A stretch of DNA of 61,707 nt, the filler included, from Dirinaria sp. TL-2023a (taxonomy: Eukaryota): NCBI GenBank assembly GCA_051941275.1. It is 7 parts of 7 records of this genome, joined end to end, with 100 filler letters (N's around TTAATTAATTAA, not from the genome) between each part and the next. Parts side by side here need not be neighbours in the genome. Positions count along the whole stretch, not along the records: positions 53,002 to 61,707 come from JAVEBF010001148.1; 6 more parts are not named here. One strand, written 5' to 3'. The first letter of the stretch is position 1, and every line of letters begins with the position of its first letter. The position numbers and the translations under genes are program-made. Below the pieces are notes generated by a model. The model saw only the letters and a program-made list of their open reading frames with translations, did not search any database and was not told the origin of the DNA. Of the stretch, positions 57,366 to 61,707 are shown piece after piece.

Positions 57366-59727
57366 TTCATCAAGGCTGCATTGCCTCGGCTGATTTGACA
57401 TGAAGATGCATTCTCGGTACCCAGTTCAACTCTCACACCAACCTTCGTATATATCCGTGCTACATTTTAGCGATACCCACTTCTTTCGTACATATACGCT
57501 CTTTTCAATTGAAGACGTTTTGAGCACAAGCCATTCTGACCTGATCGGATCAGTAGCAACTTTCTTGGTACCACTATATCCACATCTATCTTCTGGAGGT
57601 ATAGTCATATTGTCGTCACGTATGTGTTTCCAGGTACTCCGTACGTTATGTGAGAATGCTTAGATGCATGCTATCTGACATCGGCAGTGTTTTCATTCTC
57701 AGCATAGCTATGGTCGTCAGTGATCGCGCAGTATCTCCTAATAATCTGGCAGTGTTTTTGCCGATTTCATGGAATCTATATGGGCCCCTCTCATTACATT
57801 TCCAGGACTGGATTGTATCAAAACCGCATTTCACGGCTTCTTTTACCCATCAACTCACTCCAGACATTGGTACCATGGGTGAACAGAGTCATTTGACGCT
57901 AGTGACATGATTGTGATGAACTCTAGACGAAGCATCACTACTGTCGCACGACTTTCGAGGACGTACCTTGCCCTTGAAATTACGTCCTGTAGCGCCAGCG
58001 AAGCTTGAAACACTTGTTGGCTACATAGCAATGCTATTGCGCTAGCCACGCAACAAAAATGCTTCGTTATAAATACTTAACTCGGAACAAAATAGATTTG
58101 ATGGACTGACAAACATGATCTCAGCAATCTCATGACATGGGCATTGTAGCACAGATAGGTCAAGATCTCTCTAAATTCCTGATACTTTCACTGCATCAAA
58201 CGAAATATCTGCATAGTTCACATCATGACAGCTTCAACAGTGTGAATGTCATATAAAGCCTCGGATCATGCTCATTGTTCTTCAAATGAGATGTCGGTAT
58301 TCCGAATTCGCAATCTAGATTGATACTAAGGGTGCGTCATGATTCACAAATCCCAGCTATATAGATGGCTAAATTAGTTTCTTACAAGTGACATGAGGTA
58401 AAGGTCCGACATCTCGAAATTATACTATAAATATTGCAAACCCGACCCCGACTATTCTCTTCAAATTATTGATCTAAGTTCCTTCTCGCACCAAAAAAAA
58501 GTCCGAATCTGCCGATTTCAACCTTCTTTGTCCCTGAAGATACAGGCCGAATTCTGTTCGTGTAGCTGAAGGACTAATGATTTCAACCAGATGCACTTTG
58601 CTGCCTGGTTTTAAGGCGGCCGATGTACTGGCCGTGGCGTTTGAAAAGTTTTGTCAGCTCCGATAGTATTCAAAATCTGAGAGCAATCCTAACAGCATCA
58701 TATACTGCCGAGAGCACTACCATTCTTAACGCGTGGCTCAAGTCAAGCTATTTATCACGGAGATCATAGCATAATGGCAGCATGATTGTGGAATTTCCTT
58801 TCCGCCTGATTCAGGTAGAGCGGCGCAACCAAAACGCCTTTTCAAGATTCCTTTCGGAAACGCAGGTCCTATTGGTTAACATGGACCAGAGTGGGATTGC
58901 CACAATCGAACTCGTCGATCCGAAGCAACGAAATGCGATAAAGCTTGAGACTTCAAGAGTTTCTCGATGTGAGTCAGAGACTTGTGCGTCAACGTGAAGA
59001 CCTCAACACATTATGAGTATGACGTCTAGGCCATCGCGTTCTACATACAAACAGCCATCAAGATCAACTTCAACGAGCCCTGTAAAACTCGAAAAAGGCA
59101 ATGCCTGCTCGAAGTAAAGCTATCTCGGCTGCTGCTGTGAGGTCTGTCATCTACAACTGATTTGCAATCCCTCGTGTTCATCCGTGGACTATAGGATTAA
59201 CGAGTCAAGAACAGGGCAATGTGACCGCGTCTGCGCAGATGACGCTGACTGCAGTGACTATCCTCACTATTTTGAAGATAAACAGAGTAGAGAAGGACAT
59301 CGCTGGTCATGAAACCCCCGTTCGCTCCGGAATCCTCCACACATCTTTGTTGTCCAGGTGCTCAAAGTACGACGCGACGCGAACGATCAAATTGCCGCAA
59401 AGGCTGGATGAAGAGGTTGAGATGAGAAGCTGAGAAATGATAGAATTGAAGACCGGACTGGCTTACACAGCGCTTCTTCACGGGACTGATGAGCTGCTTC
59501 AATCAGATTTGAATCGTGTTTTAGATACCTTTGTAAGGTATACCATCTACTTTCACATGTACCCGTATGTCTAATGCTAATGAAGCCAGAGACATGGCGG
59601 AGCTATAAGCGGCCTAATGTGTTGCTATAAAATGGAGAAAGCGTGCTCTAGAGCTGGCGGCGGAATGAGATCGGAGGGAGCGGGTGGTGGACTGATGTAG
59701 GGGGATGGTGGACGGCGCTGGCGCGGA

Positions 59728-60941
59728 CATCCACTCTCATTCCCAACCTTTTGAAGTCTCCTCGTTGTACTGACCTATTCCGAAGAGGACCAGGTACATA
59801 GCAAAGAAAGCTAAAGTTAAGAGTTGAGGGTCTTGTTCAACGACCCGTGGTATTCGACTACCATCGAATATCTTTAAATCGGTCCATAAATCTCAGCCCG
59901 ATCTGATTATACTGATTTATGCAAAGTTTCGCGGCTGTAATAGATTGCCGCTGGAACGAGCGAGGAGTTTCGACAGAAGACAAGAGATCGAAAGAAATTG
60001 GTCGACAAGTCTGTTTCGTGATTTATCGTATTGCTGGTTCATAGTACGACATTGTCTTCACATGGCTTTTGTGTGTCGCGATGTGTACAGCTACTCTGTG
60101 TGCTGCGATTATCAATAATCGTTTCGTGTGTTTCCACGATTTTTTCTAATTCGATTCAACAAGATGCAGTCAAAAAGCACAAAATAAGTTTCAAGATATC
60201 TCTCGTTATTCGATTCAAATATCATTAAAAACTGAATCATAGGTCAGTGTCTGACTCCGGCTCTGAATTGAGAGACTCAACTGCTCTATCTTCATTCGAT
60301 GACATATTTAAGCTAAATTAGCAGAAAAAGTGATATTACTAACTCGACGCACATTATCAAAAAGAAAGAAAGATCACGAACTTTTTCTTTGAAACTCTCT
60401 ATTCATGAAGAGTCTTTCATTCTCTCCGATCATATCTGACGCCGAGAAAGAGATCCAGTGGCCATGCTACCCATGGCCAAGCTAATACGATGTGGAACAT
60501 GCCCCAATCTTTCACCATGACGCCTGGCTGTGCGCTCTTTGCATCGAGATGCGAACTCTTCATTGCACGATGTCTCAAAGACAGTACCGTTTATATTTTT
60601 TTTGTAAAGAAAAAAGGAAGAGCTACGGTTATGTGTAAATTATTAAAACTTAAACTCTGTTAACGGGACTGAATCGATCGTCGTCGAGATTTGCAGAATT
60701 CGAGAGTTCGAGCAGAAGTTAACACCGTGAATGCTTTCGCGAAAGTCGCATATAAAGATCATCTCGAGAGGAAAAGGCAGAGTGCTGTTTTTCTTAGTGG
60801 GGTGTAATCGTGCGGAAAAGAAACAATCAGCATGGACCGAGAGATCAGGAAATACACAGCTGTTGATTGCATGAATTTGAGTTTGAATTAGAGCAAGGCG
60901 ATCAGTGATTCTCTCCCACAAGTATCTCCAAACACTGCAGG
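59728..60941 (+). pseudogene. Decayed tyrosine recombinase, DUF3435/Starship captain-like
   Basis: Fragments in the expected order: HPLSFPTF*SLLVVLTYSEE/-PG (HP-x14-Y(S/T)GxRPG after G>A reversion and a 1-nt frameshift); FAAVIDCRWNERG..EDKRSK..VCFVIYR..DIVFTWLLCVAM; LAVRSLHRDANSSL (SLRRGA after two G>A reversions); RVRAEVNTVNAF. Many stop codons. Confidence 0.5.
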
Positions 60942-61707
60942 TATGACGTTTCACACTTATCGTTGTCGGTCCTCCCTCTTTTCATTGTTTTCATTATTGT
61001 CCATCCATGCTTATTGATGTGGGAAGTCCGGACACTTTCGAACATCCGTTACAATTTTTGCATTAATCTTACTCCCCGAGACGTTCATGGCGGCAAACTC
61101 ACTTTAAATCCCAAGAAATGCAAGTCTTTTGTGGATCTCATCCAAATACTAGAACACCAACGAGGTATCAAAGGTATTTGCCCCTTGGACGATAAGCTAC
61201 AAATGTTGAGAGAGAGTGGTCTGCTCGTCAGAGCCGAGAAGACCTCGATCGGCTCACTGTATATGTTATTCTTCTTAAAGAACTAACATCATGAGACAGT
61301 CTTTCAGGATATAAATTAAGCAGTGACGGAAACGTGCAAAAATCCACTTCCCTCCCTCGCCCTTCCAAAGCAGCACCAGATTATCTAAATAGTCCATTCT
61401 TCCATCCACGATCCAATAACATTCAAGACTCTCATTCCTATCACCTAGGAAAAAGCAAACCCAAGTCCTTCCCAAAGACCACCCTTATTGCCGCAGTGGC
61501 CATGCTACAGCCTTCTCCACTGCGAGCCGCCAATTCGTGTCCTTTGTAACACGATACAAGCTTCGAAAGATTGTCAATGTATCTAGTACTGACCGATTTT
61601 CTGAAAATCTGTTAAAGGGATAATTAGCAATTGAGAGAGTATTGCTGATATCAAGGCTCGGATGAGTGAAGATGGGTGTACAGCTTTCGTAATTCATTTC
61701 ATGAGGT

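Overview
Eukaryotic, intron-containing DNA from a filamentous ascomycete (Pezizomycotina; a lichen-forming fungus is a guess from gene content). The window is not one locus. It is seven contigs (8755, 8744, 8739, 8723, 8721, 8719, 8706 bp, sorted by decreasing length) joined by an artificial 100-bp N44-TTAATTAATTAA-N44 spacer, so neighbourhoods across spacers are meaningless. Contig 1: truncated M43 metalloprotease, GH93/BNR-repeat secreted glycosidase, F-box protein. Contig 2: secreted lactonase-like beta-propeller, Brr6/Brl1, NRPS-like (A-T-R) carboxylic acid reductase. Contig 3: Cdc25 RasGEF, Aim6-like phosphodiesterase. Contig 4: betaine aldehyde dehydrogenase, internally duplicated unknown protein, methyltransferase-like protein, peroxisomal 2-hydroxyacid oxidase. 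Contig 5: large type II membrane protein, Mnn10-like GT34. Contig 6: DUF1640 mitochondrial protein (truncated), Laa1/HEATR5. Contig 7: RPA70, a secreted two-repeat Cys-patterned effector-like protein, and a heavily mutated region. Best leads: (i) a cryptic decayed tyrosine recombinase with DUF3435 (Starship captain)-like motifs at ~59.7-60.9 kb, in sequence depleted of CC/GG rather than CpA; (ii) a dispersed intergenic palindrome family (TACCTTRAGGTA/AGGTACCT); (iii) a tandem-domain secreted protein; (iv) a possible non-AUG N-terminal extension of Mnn10 and an alternative last acceptor in Cdc25. All assignments come from manual translation and motif recognition; no searches were run.
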